A stretch of DNA of 57,845 nt, taken from the IMG/VR virus record IMGVR_UViG_3300026518_000668, positions 1-57,845 of that record, one strand, 5' to 3'. Each line of letters begins with the position of its first letter. Position 1 is the stretch's first letter. This stretch comes from a virus. Its lineage: Duplodnaviria > Caudoviricetes. A model generated the notes under the pieces. The model searched no databases. It had not been told where the DNA came from and saw only the letters and a list, made by a program, of their open reading frames with translations. Made by a program: the position numbers and the translations under genes. Below are positions 9,550 through 19,631 of the stretch, piece after piece.

Positions 9550-12500
9550 CTACTGCTCGCTGCGCAGATACTCCAATCGGCGATCAATCAGGATGCCGTC
9601 AGCCGCCCTCTCCTGGTTCGACTCCCGGGTGTTCACCGACCGAATCAGCGCGCTGTTAGTGATCCGCACTGCTGGGTAGCGCTTGTTGAAGTCTGCAATG
9701 CGCTCCCTGATCCCCGGCAATGCCTCGGTGTCGCCGGTGCGCACGGCCAGCGCGTAGCGGTTGAACAGATACTGGCGCTCACCCTTGATCCGCATCTCTG
9801 CGTTCTTCAGCGCGTTGTTCTGGTCGTAGCGCTGCGCAATGTGCGCCGGCATGAACCCAAGGGCCTGCGCCAGCACACCCCACCCGCCAACCTCATCCAG
9901 CAGCGAGTAGCCGTTGAGCGATTGCACGCCCTCTTCCGAATACCGGACGGCCCGCAACAAGTCTTTGCCGGCCTTGGGTAGCATCGTTTCAAAGCCGCGC
10001 ATCACATGGCCTTCGCCCATCATGCTTGCCCCGGTAAAGGCGTTGGCCACCATGGCCGGGGCAGCGCCCAGCACCTGTTCTACCCAGTACACATAGGCAT
10101 CACGGCCTTCCACCTCACGGTTTGGCGAGAAGAACCAGAGGTGTCCCATACCAATCCGGTCTGTCAGGTTCAGGTCTGCCAGCGTACCCGGCGCGCCCTT
10201 GAAGAACGCCGCGGCAACATCCTCACCCAGCGCTTCGGTCACCGCCCGCTTGATCTTGTCCTCTGCAGTCCAAGGGTCGTCGTCATCGTCCAGGGCGTTC
10301 AGCAGCAACAGCAACGCCTGAGCGCCAGGCACGCCCAGCATGCCGGCCATCAAGGCAAACATGCCGTAGATACCAGCCAGCCGGCGCTTGGCCTCCGCCC
10401 GCAGCTCAGGGGATTCCCCCTTGAGCGACTGCCGGATATCGATAACCAAGCGAGACAGCATGTTGACGCTGTGCTGGCGGAACACCAGAAGCACCTTGGC
10501 AGTATCGCTCTGCATGAAGCGCGCGCGGTTACCGCTGGAGTAGTCGAAGTGGATAGTCCACGTCAGGTCAGCAGCCTCGTTGATAGCGTCCGCGTGCGAG
10601 CGGCCAGCGCCTCGGGCCATGCGATACGCAGCGATCGAGGTAACCTCCCGGTTGTATCGCTCCGCATTATGGAAAGCCCAACTGATGATCCCCATCAGCT
10701 TATGGCGCACTGGGCTGTACTCGGCGCCGGTTTCGCCAACCCCGGCAAGGTCATGGGCCTGCGTCTTGTCGATCAAGCCAAGCCGCATGAACTCGGCAAA
10801 GGCCTCCTGTTCCTCTCCAGTCAGCGCCCGCTCAAGATGGCCCTTACCCTTGATAAAGTCTCGCGACGCCTTCAGCAGCTCAGTCATCGCCTTGGCTTCG
10901 CTCTTGTAGCGCGCGCCCAGCACCGGCACGCCCAGCATGAACGTCTGGGTGGTGTTCACCATGGCCGCCGCCGGCGTAATGCCCAGTTGGTAGGTGAACG
11001 CAGCCGAGGTAATGGTTTGCGCAACCCGGCTGCCTTTCGGGTTCATCACCCACTCATGGCGCCGGCGCAGCTCATTGGCGATGGTCATCGCATCCACCGG
11101 GTCGGTGGCCGCCTGGGCCTGCTCTTCCACCACATCAACCAGCTCGTTCATTTCCAGGCTGTGCTTCAGTCGAGCGATCTGATAAGACGAATGGAACATC
11201 GAGCTGGCAAAGGCCCGCAGCGCATCATCGCTGTAGCCGCTCACCTTCTTCCGGTGAATAAAGCCCTTGCGCATCGAGAAGTCAGGCAACGTATCCAGAT
11301 AGAGTTGGTAAACCTGATCGGCAATCTCATCGGCATTGGGCAGGCGAGACACCAGATCCTGAATATCCGACACAAAGCCAACATCAACGGCGCCCTCCAG
11401 CTCCTGCTTGATCGACTTACGGCCAACCTTCACCTTCATGTCGGGATACTTCGCCCGCATCTGCTCGGCAGCGTCCTCCATCGCCGCCGCCGACTCGAAC
11501 ATGCTGAACGACACCAGCTTCTCACCGTCACGCAGCGCCACAAAATAATCGCCAAAGCGCTTCAGAGGAAAATACGGCTCATCAATGCGCATGCTCTCAA
11601 ACTTCTGCCGCAGCAACAGTACCTTCGACGTAGTCCCGGCCTCTGCCGCCCGCATACGGCCCCGGTACCGCTTCTCCGCAGCATCAATCGCTTCCTGCAG
11701 ATCGTCCCCGGTTAGCTCATCCCGGGCTTGAGTAATCTCGGCGTTGCGCTCCCGGCGCGCCCGGCGCTTGGAAAACTCGACGCTACGGATTACGTTCTGC
11801 TCGATCGCGCTCTCCAGCGTCTGGATCTGCTCCTGATACGCATCGCGCACCTCGTTGAACAGCACCTGCTGCTCTGCTGGCAACGCCTCAAAGCGCTTAC
11901 GCAGCATCTGGTACTTCACCCTGTCAGCCTCATCCTTGCGCGGCTTGCTGGGGTCAATGCCCTCAACCGTAGCGTCGTGCATCAGTTGATCCAGTGCGCG
12001 ATCGGCAGTAACGCCTTTACCCAGCAGCGCCTTGGCCTTGTCGCCCAACGCGCCGGAGGTCAGACGCTGCTTGAGCCAGGCCTGAGCAATGGCATCGTAT
12101 TTGGTGTGCATCTCGTTGCGATCGGCATCCATGGCCCGCTTCTGATCCATATAACCATCAAGGGCAGTCATCCCCTTGGGCGCAAAGTCGCGCAGATACA
12201 TCAGCGGCAGTGCGCCAAGGCCCGCTGGTTTAAGGTCGGCCAGCTTGCCCCGCAGCATCTTGGTCAGGCTCTGCCCCAACGCTGAGCTCGCAATGCCTCG
12301 CGGAATGTTGGATGGCGCCAGGCTGAAGCGAATATCAGGGTTATCTGACTCAAGGTCAGAACTGCCCAGCTCATTCCCGGGCTGCAAGGCACTGTCCACG
12401 TAAAAGGCGGGGCCGGCGTCATTGCGCGCGCTATCAGTTGCCACAGCTGCCTGGCGTGCACGGCGCAACACCAGCGCCAAGTCGGCGGCATCGAGCGTTG

Positions 12501-15500
12501 CCAGCTCGTCGTATCCCTTACGGCGGAACCAGTCACGTACCAGCGCATACCACTCCTGCAGCACGCGCTTGAGGCTACCGGTTGATTCGGCCATATGCGC
12601 CAGCAGCTCGTCCATGATCAACGCACCGCGCTGCCGGTTGGTCAGCCTGTCGTCGTTGAGCGCGCCGGTAATGTAGTGGTCGATGTTAAAGCCCTGTGCC
12701 TGGGCAATGGCCTGCACGCCCTTGATGCCGCCAACCTTCGGCAGCATGCGCACCAGGTGCGACTCCAGGTCCTTGCCATAGCGCTGACGCAGGCCATAAT
12801 GGGCGTAGAATTCATGGAAGATAGCGCGCTCCACATCGCGCTCAGTCGCAAACCGACGGTCAACCAAGTAGGTCTTACCACGCCAATGAACCGCCTTCAC
12901 ATCGCCTGGCAGCGCGCCCTGCGCCGCAGCCGCATCCTTAATCGCCTGCGGCAGCTCTTCCCAGGTCGCGAACACAAAACGACTGGCCACGGTGGGTTCT
13001 GTTACAAGCCGAATGGCGACCTGCTCTACATCCCCCCGGCTGAGCGTGTTGCTGACAGCCCCAGCACCAACCGGCCGGCGGGAGAATAGCGCCACCCCAC
13101 CCTCCTGCTCGCGCGTCTCAACCGTCGCAAACAGCTTGTCGAATGCTTCGCTCACCGGGCCCTGCTCGTCAGGGGTCAAATACGGATAACGCTCAGGCGA
13201 GCGTGAAAACTCTTCCAGCGTCGTGACATTGGCCAGGTAGTCATTACGCGCGCCCTGATCGGCCAGCTTGGCAATAACGTAGGTTTCGAAGGAGCGCGCC
13301 CCGCGCTCGATAATCTGCGACCAGTAGCCTCCCGGCGTCTTGTCTAGAGAGCTCGCACGGATCCGCATCGGCGAGTTATCCAGCGTCTCAACCAGCTCTG
13401 CAAAGGCGCGCTCCACTTCCGGTCTTACGCCTTCAGGGTGCGACGGGGCCGGGTGCCAGGCAGCCGGGTCGTAATACGCCGCCGTCGGGTGGTTCTGGTG
13501 GTACCGGTTCAGCGTAGCCAGGGTGATTGGCTTGCCCCGTCCAGACGTGTGCACATACAGTGGCTCTGGCCGGTACGTGACAAAGTTGTTTCTCAGGTAC
13601 TCGTTCTGCGCCGCTTTGCCGCGGCCCTTCATCGGCACCTCACCACCACGCTTGCGCGAAAAGTAGTTGTCCAGCGCATGAAACCACTCATGTGCCAGGC
13701 TGCCGGCGCCCTTCGTTTTGGTCAGGTTGATAACCACCTGGTCTGGCTCAAAGTGAGCAGCAGCCCACCCGCCCTTACCGCGCGAGCCAAACCCGATACC
13801 CAGCGTACCCTCAAGGCTGAGCGCCTTCGGTGGCACACCCACGACGCCCGCCAGATCCATAAAGGCGTCAAAGGCCTCATTCAGCATGCCCTGGCGTTCA
13901 CGCCCTCCCTTACCCTGGCCAACCCAGTTGCCAAACTCGACACCACGAAAGCCAAACGCCTCCAGAAACTGCTCTGGCGTCACGTCCTGGCCTTCGCGGT
14001 AGTCCTCGCCCACCCTGGGTGCATTGGACCGGCGCCGGGTATCGCTACGGGTCACGTTGTCGCGGTTCTTCACCGCCTCCCAGGCTTCGACCAACTGAGC
14101 ATGGTTGTCCTGCAGATAGGCCTTGGCAGCGTTAACGTCGTCAAAGTCCTTGAGGTGGCGCTTTTCCTTGTCACCGTCCTTGATGATGAACGCCCGACCA
14201 GTGTAAGCGCTGCTGTAGATCGCAAACTTCATTTCCTGCGTAGGCGCGGAATCAGGCGCAAGGACCTTCTTGATGTCGGGCAACGCACTGTCCATCGCGT
14301 CATGCCCACGGAACACCTGCCGGCGCTTATCGATTTCCACCTCAAACCACGACCCCGGCACCATTTCACCGTTCTCGCTGTACCGGCCAGTTCGGTGCTC
14401 AACCCGCCCCACACGCGGCCACTGCGAGCGCTCTACGGCTGCCAGCAACTCAACCTTGTTGGCAAATGAGCGCAGTGCTGGGCTTGCCTTGCGCAGCTCA
14501 GCAAGCGACACGTCAGCACCCAGCGACGCCAGATGACCCAGGGTCAAACGTGCCTCTTTGATCTTGGTTACCCACCGCTGCACCTTGTAAGCAACACGCG
14601 GCTTCGCCGGAATCTCAGACCGCAAAGCCCAATACGCAGCAGCGTGGAAAGGGTCATCAATCTTGTCGATTTCACCCTTCGGCCAAAGCTCGCTCAGGGT
14701 GCTGGCGGCAATGGCTTCATCGTCCATGCTCTCAAGCCGGTCACGCACAGAGCGAAGCTCGTCCTTACGCGCGCCGCCCAGCTTCTCCCCGGCATCCTCA
14801 ACAGCCTCCGGCTCCTTGGCCGCCACCTTCGGCTTGGCAGGTGGTTTTGATGCCGGTGCAGGTGCAGGCGCGGTAGCCTCGGCAGGCGCAGGCGTAGCCG
14901 GGGGCTCAGCCGGCGATTCCTGCTGCGGCTGTGGTTCGGTGTCGGTGGCTTGCTCAGTAGATACGGCGTCCTGGTCAGGCTCGGTGTCAACTTCGCGTGG
15001 GGCCTGCTCAGCGCCATCTTCAGCCGCCTGTTGAGCCGGCGCGACCGGCTCCGCCGCCGTCGCTTCGGGGGGCTGGCTAGCTTCTGGCTCTGGCTCTGGC
15101 TCAACACTCTGAACGGGCGGCGCCGCCTCGGTCGCACCGTCAGCCAGCTCTGAACTCGGGAACTCACGGGCCAAAGGCAACAACTGCTCGATCGGCGCGT
15201 TCAGCCGAATCGCCTTTACCACTTCACCTGCATCGCGCTTAGCCATCCACTGATGGTGGCCATCAAGCACATAACCATCCGCAGACACCAAAATCGAGCG
15301 ATCGCCGCCCTCAAATTTCTTGGCCCGGGCCACCTTCTTGCGCGAGAACTCGGCCTGGGTTGGCCGCAGCTCAGCAGCAGGCATTTCAGTCTGCTCATGG
15401 CCCACGTCGCGGGCCTTGAGAAAATTCACCATCGCGCCCCGGTGCTCGGCCTTGATTTGCGGCATTTCCGCGCGGGGAATCTGTAGCGTGCCCGACTCAG

Positions 15501-17241
15501 GGGTGAAGCGCGCCCAATCGCCATCGATATCGGCGCCAGCAATGGAAGTAACCGCCTCTTGAGGCGCGCCGGCAGGTGCTGCAGGCAGCGGCAAAGCAGA
15601 CTGCTGTGGAGGTGGCACATCTGCCTGCGCGGCAGCGGTGTTCTGCGGTGCCGGGGTAGACGCTGCCGGGACAACGCCTTTCACCACCCCAATTTGCCGG
15701 CGCACCTGCTCCAGTTCGGCCATAGCCTTAAGGCGCTCAGCCGTAACCACGGCATTCCAGCCGTTCTTGTCACCCTGAATAGTCAAATAGGCAACGCGGT
15801 TGCTCAGGTCCGTTTCGTTCTGCCACAAGGCATGGAGCTGCCGTGCGCGGCGGGCCTTGTCCACCAGTGCCGGTTCAGCCTCAGTGTTCTCTGCGGATTC
15901 AGGTGTGCTCGCCTCAGCTTCGGCCCCTTCAAGCTCACCAGGTGCGTCAACGTCGGTTGCCTGCTCCGCAGTTTGCGGCAGAGCAGCGGGCGACCGCGCC
16001 GCAGCAGCAGTAAGGCTGCTGGTACTTTCCTGTCGCTCCGGCAAGGTGCCTGGCGCTGCGCTATCTTCAGCCTCTGCTGCCAGGCTCTGGGCTGCCCTAG
16101 ACAGTGCACCATTTGCAGGGTCCGGCAATTCCACCGGTTCCGGGTTCGGATTCTCAGGTGTAGCCATTGGGCGAACCCGAGTCCGGCCAGCAGTCCAAGC
16201 GGCCTCGGCACCGCTCTGGACCATCGCAAGGAACGACTCAAGCACAGCATCGGTAACATCGCCCTGCCCCGTTGCCGCCATTTCGCCCAGGTATTCACCA
16301 ACGCCCTCGCCGCTGCTTTCCACCGCCAGCAGCACACCACCTTGAGTCGCTTTGCGCCCAAGAGTGTTCACCGACTCAAGGGCAGATTCTTGAGCAGCCT
16401 TAACCGCGGAACTGATCTCTGGCACTTCGCGGGCAGCCAGCACCGCTGCCTGGTCAGCAACATCGATACCGTTGTCGATCAACACCCGGCGTGTGGCAGA
16501 CTCCATTGCCGCCTGCGCCGGCCGCATCATGGCTTTGCTGACTACGCCGCCGATACCCAGAGTTGCGGCGTCAACAGCAGTGATGACACCACCCTTTACC
16601 GCGCCTTCACTCCGGGCTGCCGCCAGCTCTTCCGGGGTAACCTCGCCGTCAGCACCTGCGCTCAGCGCCCGGCTACCCGTTTCCAGCGCAGTGTTACCCA
16701 GGAACAGACCAGCAAGCCCGCCCAGCACACCACCCACAGCAGCACCAACACCGGTACCAAGAACAGGAATCACCGATCCAAGCGCCGCACCACCAGCAGC
16801 GCCAAGCTTCATACCGGCCCACCCGGCACCCAAGGTCACAGCAGCATTGGGGGCATTCTCTGCGACAGCCAGCCCGGCACCAGTCGGCTCATCAGCAATG
16901 GCGCCACCAACAGCCTTTACGCTGTCCCACAGGCCAGCTTCTTCACCAGACTCATCAGCAGCAGCTTGGGCCCGGCTGTCCACGGCGTCATAAAAGCTGG
17001 TGAGCCTGGCATCGCGTGGTGCCGCGCGCTGATCATCGGCAGCCTCAACCAACTCCGCCGTGTCACCCTGATAGGCGTCGACAGCAGCGCCCACAGAGCG
17101 AAAGCTGTTCTTCGCGCCTTCTTTGATGGTGCCAAGCAATCCAACGTCTGTTCTCGGGATATCGTCAAAAGGCCCTGCGGCCTTTTGCTCGGGCGCCTCG
17201 CTCTGGGCACTGCTTTTTAGATCATCGAACAGACCAGACAT
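9550..17241 (-). CDS. Giant polyvalent internal virion (ejection) protein with PLxRFG and LPD domains
   Basis: About 2560 aa; ParB-like segment (LRPTQ..ILVSADGYVLDGHHQW), LPD1-like SLAHEWFHALD, zincin-like HEFYAHYGL, YFPLKRFGDY; RBS GAGGTG before ATG 17241. Confidence 0.85.
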   Translation of the reverse strand: MSGLFDDLKSSAQSEAPEQKAAGPFDDIPRTDVGLLGTIKEGAKNSFRSVGAAVDAYQGDTAELVEAADDQRAAPRDARLTSFYDAVDSRAQAAADESGEEAGLWDSVKAVGGAIADEPTGAGLAVAENAPNAAVTLGAGWAGMKLGAAGGAALGSVIPVLGTGVGAAVGGVLGGLAGLFLGNTALETGSRALSAGADGEVTPEELAAARSEGAVKGGVITAVDAATLGIGGVVSKAMMRPAQAAMESATRRVLIDNGIDVADQAAVLAAREVPEISSAVKAAQESALESVNTLGRKATQGGVLLAVESSGEGVGEYLGEMAATGQGDVTDAVLESFLAMVQSGAEAAWTAGRTRVRPMATPENPNPEPVELPDPANGALSRAAQSLAAEAEDSAAPGTLPERQESTSSLTAAAARSPAALPQTAEQATDVDAPGELEGAEAEASTPESAENTEAEPALVDKARRARQLHALWQNETDLSNRVAYLTIQGDKNGWNAVVTAERLKAMAELEQVRRQIGVVKGVVPAASTPAPQNTAAAQADVPPPQQSALPLPAAPAGAPQEAVTSIAGADIDGDWARFTPESGTLQIPRAEMPQIKAEHRGAMVNFLKARDVGHEQTEMPAAELRPTQAEFSRKKVARAKKFEGGDRSILVSADGYVLDGHHQWMAKRDAGEVVKAIRLNAPIEQLLPLAREFPSSELADGATEAAPPVQSVEPEPEPEASQPPEATAAEPVAPAQQAAEDGAEQAPREVDTEPDQDAVSTEQATDTEPQPQQESPAEPPATPAPAEATAPAPAPASKPPAKPKVAAKEPEAVEDAGEKLGGARKDELRSVRDRLESMDDEAIAASTLSELWPKGEIDKIDDPFHAAAYWALRSEIPAKPRVAYKVQRWVTKIKEARLTLGHLASLGADVSLAELRKASPALRSFANKVELLAAVERSQWPRVGRVEHRTGRYSENGEMVPGSWFEVEIDKRRQVFRGHDAMDSALPDIKKVLAPDSAPTQEMKFAIYSSAYTGRAFIIKDGDKEKRHLKDFDDVNAAKAYLQDNHAQLVEAWEAVKNRDNVTRSDTRRRSNAPRVGEDYREGQDVTPEQFLEAFGFRGVEFGNWVGQGKGGRERQGMLNEAFDAFMDLAGVVGVPPKALSLEGTLGIGFGSRGKGGWAAAHFEPDQVVINLTKTKGAGSLAHEWFHALDNYFSRKRGGEVPMKGRGKAAQNEYLRNNFVTYRPEPLYVHTSGRGKPITLATLNRYHQNHPTAAYYDPAAWHPAPSHPEGVRPEVERAFAELVETLDNSPMRIRASSLDKTPGGYWSQIIERGARSFETYVIAKLADQGARNDYLANVTTLEEFSRSPERYPYLTPDEQGPVSEAFDKLFATVETREQEGGVALFSRRPVGAGAVSNTLSRGDVEQVAIRLVTEPTVASRFVFATWEELPQAIKDAAAAQGALPGDVKAVHWRGKTYLVDRRFATERDVERAIFHEFYAHYGLRQRYGKDLESHLVRMLPKVGGIKGVQAIAQAQGFNIDHYITGALNDDRLTNRQRGALIMDELLAHMAESTGSLKRVLQEWYALVRDWFRRKGYDELATLDAADLALVLRRARQAAVATDSARNDAGPAFYVDSALQPGNELGSSDLESDNPDIRFSLAPSNIPRGIASSALGQSLTKMLRGKLADLKPAGLGALPLMYLRDFAPKGMTALDGYMDQKRAMDADRNEMHTKYDAIAQAWLKQRLTSGALGDKAKALLGKGVTADRALDQLMHDATVEGIDPSKPRKDEADRVKYQMLRKRFEALPAEQQVLFNEVRDAYQEQIQTLESAIEQNVIRSVEFSKRRARRERNAEITQARDELTGDDLQEAIDAAEKRYRGRMRAAEAGTTSKVLLLRQKFESMRIDEPYFPLKRFGDYFVALRDGEKLVSFSMFESAAAMEDAAEQMRAKYPDMKVKVGRKSIKQELEGAVDVGFVSDIQDLVSRLPNADEIADQVYQLYLDTLPDFSMRKGFIHRKKVSGYSDDALRAFASSMFHSSYQIARLKHSLEMNELVDVVEEQAQAATDPVDAMTIANELRRRHEWVMNPKGSRVAQTITSAAFTYQLGITPAAAMVNTTQTFMLGVPVLGARYKSEAKAMTELLKASRDFIKGKGHLERALTGEEQEAFAEFMRLGLIDKTQAHDLAGVGETGAEYSPVRHKLMGIISWAFHNAERYNREVTSIAAYRMARGAGRSHADAINEAADLTWTIHFDYSSGNRARFMQSDTAKVLLVFRQHSVNMLSRLVIDIRQSLKGESPELRAEAKRRLAGIYGMFALMAGMLGVPGAQALLLLLNALDDDDDPWTAEDKIKRAVTEALGEDVAAAFFKGAPGTLADLNLTDRIGMGHLWFFSPNREVEGRDAYVYWVEQVLGAAPAMVANAFTGASMMGEGHVMRGFETMLPKAGKDLLRAVRYSEEGVQSLNGYSLLDEVGGWGVLAQALGFMPAHIAQRYDQNNALKNAEMRIKGERQYLFNRYALAVRTGDTEALPGIRERIADFNKRYPAVRITNSALIRSVNTRESNQERAADGILIDRRLEYLRSEQ

Positions 17242-17270
17242 AACCACCTCACCAGATCAACTGTCTGGCG

Positions 17271-17309
17271 AGTGTGTTTTTCAACGATGGGAATGGCTAA
17301 CCCTACAGG
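17271..17309 (-). promoter_or_regulatory. Putative late promoter (giant protein)
   Basis: CCTGTAGGGTT (17309-17299) + 22 nt + CACACT (17276-17271). Confidence 0.7.
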
Positions 17310-17374
17310 GGGATGGGCAGCAGCCCATCAAAGGGGAGCGCCCAAAGGCCTTGCAATCAATTGCAAGCAGGCAC

Positions 17375-17402
17375 AAAAAAGCCCGCTCTGGGCGGGCTTT
17401 TT
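17375..17402. terminator. Bidirectional Rho-independent terminator
   Basis: AAAAAAGCCCGC-TCTGG-GCGGGCTTTTT. Confidence 0.85.
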
Positions 17403-17416
17403 CTTGTCGTCGAGGA

Positions 17417-17773
17417 TCAAGCGTGACGACGAAGAAACTCATTCACAGGAACGGTGCTTTCCGTTTCGTTATCCTGCTCGTCTGCCTCAATTTCTCGCAG
17501 GCGCTGACTCAAGATCATCTTGAGCTCGGACTGCACAAAACGATTGAGCAGGTCGCGGATCATTGGCTGATAGCCAATGCCATGATGATTCGCAATGGCT
17601 TTCAGGCCATGAATCAATTTTTTCTGAAGGCGAATTGAGATCAGCTGCAGCTCCAGCGCGTCATCTACTTCTTGCGCATCTACAGGGGAAACCGCTACTG
17701 AATCCGCGTCTTGCCCCAGTTCGCCTGATTCCCAAGCTTCTGTGTTCATTTTTTCTCTCTCACGATTATTCAT
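17417..17773 (-). CDS. BrnA/CopG-like ribbon-helix-helix antitoxin
   Basis: AWESGELG..LQLISIRLQKKLI..LK.IA..HGIGYQPMIR pattern; downstream of a BrnT-like gene. Confidence 0.75.
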   Translation of the reverse strand: MNNREREKMNTEAWESGELGQDADSVAVSPVDAQEVDDALELQLISIRLQKKLIHGLKAIANHHGIGYQPMIRDLLNRFVQSELKMILSQRLREIEADEQDNETESTVPVNEFLRRHA

Positions 17774-17801
17774 GCCGCTTGTTAGCGTCCACCCAAGGCC
17801 A

Positions 17802-18077
17802 TCAGCCGTGTGCGTTGTATATCGCTAACTCTTTGGGGTTCGGATCATAAGCTGTTTTTAGGTAAACCTTTCCAGCTTTGAACACAAAGGCCACTTTTAG
17901 TTTCCGGCCACGATTCGTCTCTGCGACGAACCACTGAGTTGGCGGGTTTGTTACGTGGTCTTCTCTAGCATCGATAAGAAATTTGCCCGTACGGTTCAGA
18001 AAGCATTGCTCTACCTCCGCAGGGGTGACGCCATGCTTATCCTTAAGCTTTGTGGCAATTTGGTCGGATATGATCAT
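17802..18077 (-). CDS. BrnT-like toxin
   Basis: KL..KHGVT..EVEQCF N-terminus, ET..GRKLKVAF, KTAY C-terminus. Confidence 0.7.
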   Translation of the reverse strand: MIISDQIATKLKDKHGVTPAEVEQCFLNRTGKFLIDAREDHVTNPPTQWFVAETNRGRKLKVAFVFKAGKVYLKTAYDPNPKELAIYNAHG

Positions 18078-18101
18078 GCAGCGTACAATTCGTCCTTGGT
18101 T

Positions 18102-18165
18102 TGTATATACAGATAGTATGCGCTACGTTGCGCAAATTCAATGCTTCGTTGCATATGTATATACA
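18102..18165 (-). promoter_or_regulatory. Toxin-antitoxin promoter with two palindromic operators
   Basis: TTGAAT(18141-36)-17 nt-TACTAT(18118-13), flanked by TGTATATACA palindromes at 18102-18111 and 18156-18165. Confidence 0.7.
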
Positions 18166-18310
18166 GAATCCGACGACCTGTACCTGTAAAGCGACCAGCG
18201 AGCCTATGGCAGTTACCCGACTACGATCAGTCCCCAAAAGCGCGGATTGTGCGTCAGTGCTTCCCACCCCATCCTGGCCCTTGAAGCGCCATCTTCAATG
18301 ATGTCGTCTC

Positions 18311-18805
18311 TCACTCGGCTGGGTCTTGGCCTTCTTTAAACTCGATTCGGTGCTGCTTGAGCTGATCGGGGATCTCAAGCTTATCGATGCTTTGGGCCGT
18401 CACTCCAAAATGCCGCGCATCTGCAGCCATATCAGTATCGTTAGTCAGAATACTTCTCGCGCCGTTAGCCTTTGCGATCGCGATAATTTGTCTATCAACC
18501 TTCACCGCCTGCCGAGGGCGACCAGCAACCTTGCGGCCGATAAGCATTGCAGTCTCTATAGCTGCTTTTTTGTCGTAAGGCAGGAAACGAAAGGCCGTAG
18601 AGCTGAACAAGGCAACAGCGTTGGCTTTCTCAGTGCTGGTGATACCCGCCATAAACTCGGCAAACACCGGTGCCGGTATACCGATAGGCTCACGTCTTTT
18701 CCGCATGTCCTGCAGGAGTCCCTCAACGCGAAGCTCATCTTCAGCGGTGAGACGTTTCCCAAAATATAGCGCTAGAACATTCGTATCCCAGACGACCAAG
18801 CTCAC
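18311..18805 (-). CDS. PIN-domain (VapC-like) protein
   Basis: VVWDTNVL, PAPVFAEF, KVDRQIIAIA and LTND acidic PIN motifs; GTG start overlaps the upstream stop (GTGA). Confidence 0.8.
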   Translation of the reverse strand: MSLVVWDTNVLALYFGKRLTAEDELRVEGLLQDMRKRREPIGIPAPVFAEFMAGITSTEKANAVALFSSTAFRFLPYDKKAAIETAMLIGRKVAGRPRQAVKVDRQIIAIAKANGARSILTNDTDMAADARHFGVTAQSIDKLEIPDQLKQHRIEFKEGQDPAE

Positions 18806-19536
18806 CCCCTGCGAATCTTGGCGCAAGTTTCTTCAACATCGCCACCACCACCCCAGTCCGTCGACAGCTGCGACATAAGCGTGAGCGCGTCATCCCAGTC
18901 GTCAGCGAGCTCCCTGAAGGAACGAACTATCAGCCGGTCCAGAACCCATTTCCCGCCCGGGAGACGAGACCAATAGCCTTTCCCACTAACCTCAATGAGG
19001 TCTCCTAGGTAGTATGCTGAGATCTCTTTGGCCAGCTCGCGGCCTTTGACAGTGCAGTTGTAGTGGATGCCATCGCTGCCGGTAAGCGTCAACGGAATGG
19101 TGTCGTCTCTTCCGCCAATTTTTATCACTTGACCAACGATGCTGGTCTCATCATCCATCGTGATGGCTTCTTGAGGCTTGCGTGCACCGCCAGGAAAAGG
19201 AATAACAACGGTGCCCTCAGGGTTTTTTAATTCCCCCCGCTTCCCGTCTTGAGATAACAGCTCATTGATTCGGCTCAGAGACTCCACAGCCTCTTTCGGC
19301 GCCGAGGTCGCACCAGCGATAGCCAGTCGAGTACGCGCCTTAACCGCTGGGGCTACATCTTCCTCCACCCACACACGCAGTGCAGCGCTGCCCTTAACAA
19401 CCTTGTCGAAATGCACCTTTTCTGAATGCCCAAGGAGCTTGGACATTTCTGCCAAATAAAGCGCAAGCCGAGACAGCGGCAGGCTCGATGGCGAGCTACC
19501 GATGATCCTCAATGTGTAGGCATTTGGCTTTTTCAT
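18802..19536 (-). CDS. Hypothetical protein coupled to the PIN gene (possible C-terminal OB-fold)
   Basis: 244-aa ORF; C-terminal G.VIKIGGRD..I...G.....V.G beta pattern. Confidence 0.7.
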   Translation of the reverse strand: MKKPNAYTLRIIGSSPSSLPLSRLALYLAEMSKLLGHSEKVHFDKVVKGSAALRVWVEEDVAPAVKARTRLAIAGATSAPKEAVESLSRINELLSQDGKRGELKNPEGTVVIPFPGGARKPQEAITMDDETSIVGQVIKIGGRDDTIPLTLTGSDGIHYNCTVKGRELAKEISAYYLGDLIEVSGKGYWSRLPGGKWVLDRLIVRSFRELADDWDDALTLMSQLSTDWGGGGDVEETCAKIRRG

Positions 19537-19594
19537 AGGGCTATTGTGGAGCAGCCTGGGCCGTTTGGGTAGATAAGCCAGCCAAATTATTCAG

Positions 19595-19631
19595 TCAGGG
19601 CGGGAGTCCTCAAATAGTACTCCCGCCCTGA
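19595..19631. repeat. Perfect 13-bp inverted repeat between divergent morons
   Basis: TCAGGGCGGGAGT-11 nt-ACTCCCGCCCTGA. Confidence 0.8.

Noticed and set aside
15082-15102. TCTGGC triplication
   Set aside because: Encodes an EPEPEP linker; too short to suggest a contingency locus
10006-17220. Long plus-strand ORFs (569, 343, 553 aa) opposite the giant gene
   Set aside because: Typical antisense shadows of GC-rich coding sequence; no motifs recognised
17678-17690. Partial match to the late-promoter motif (CCTGTAGATG)
   Set aside because: Inside the antitoxin gene and lacks the GGTT half
18097-18166. LexA/SOS boxes at the toxin-antitoxin promoter
   Set aside because: Only half-sites; CTG-N10-CAG is not satisfied, so they are better explained as antitoxin operators
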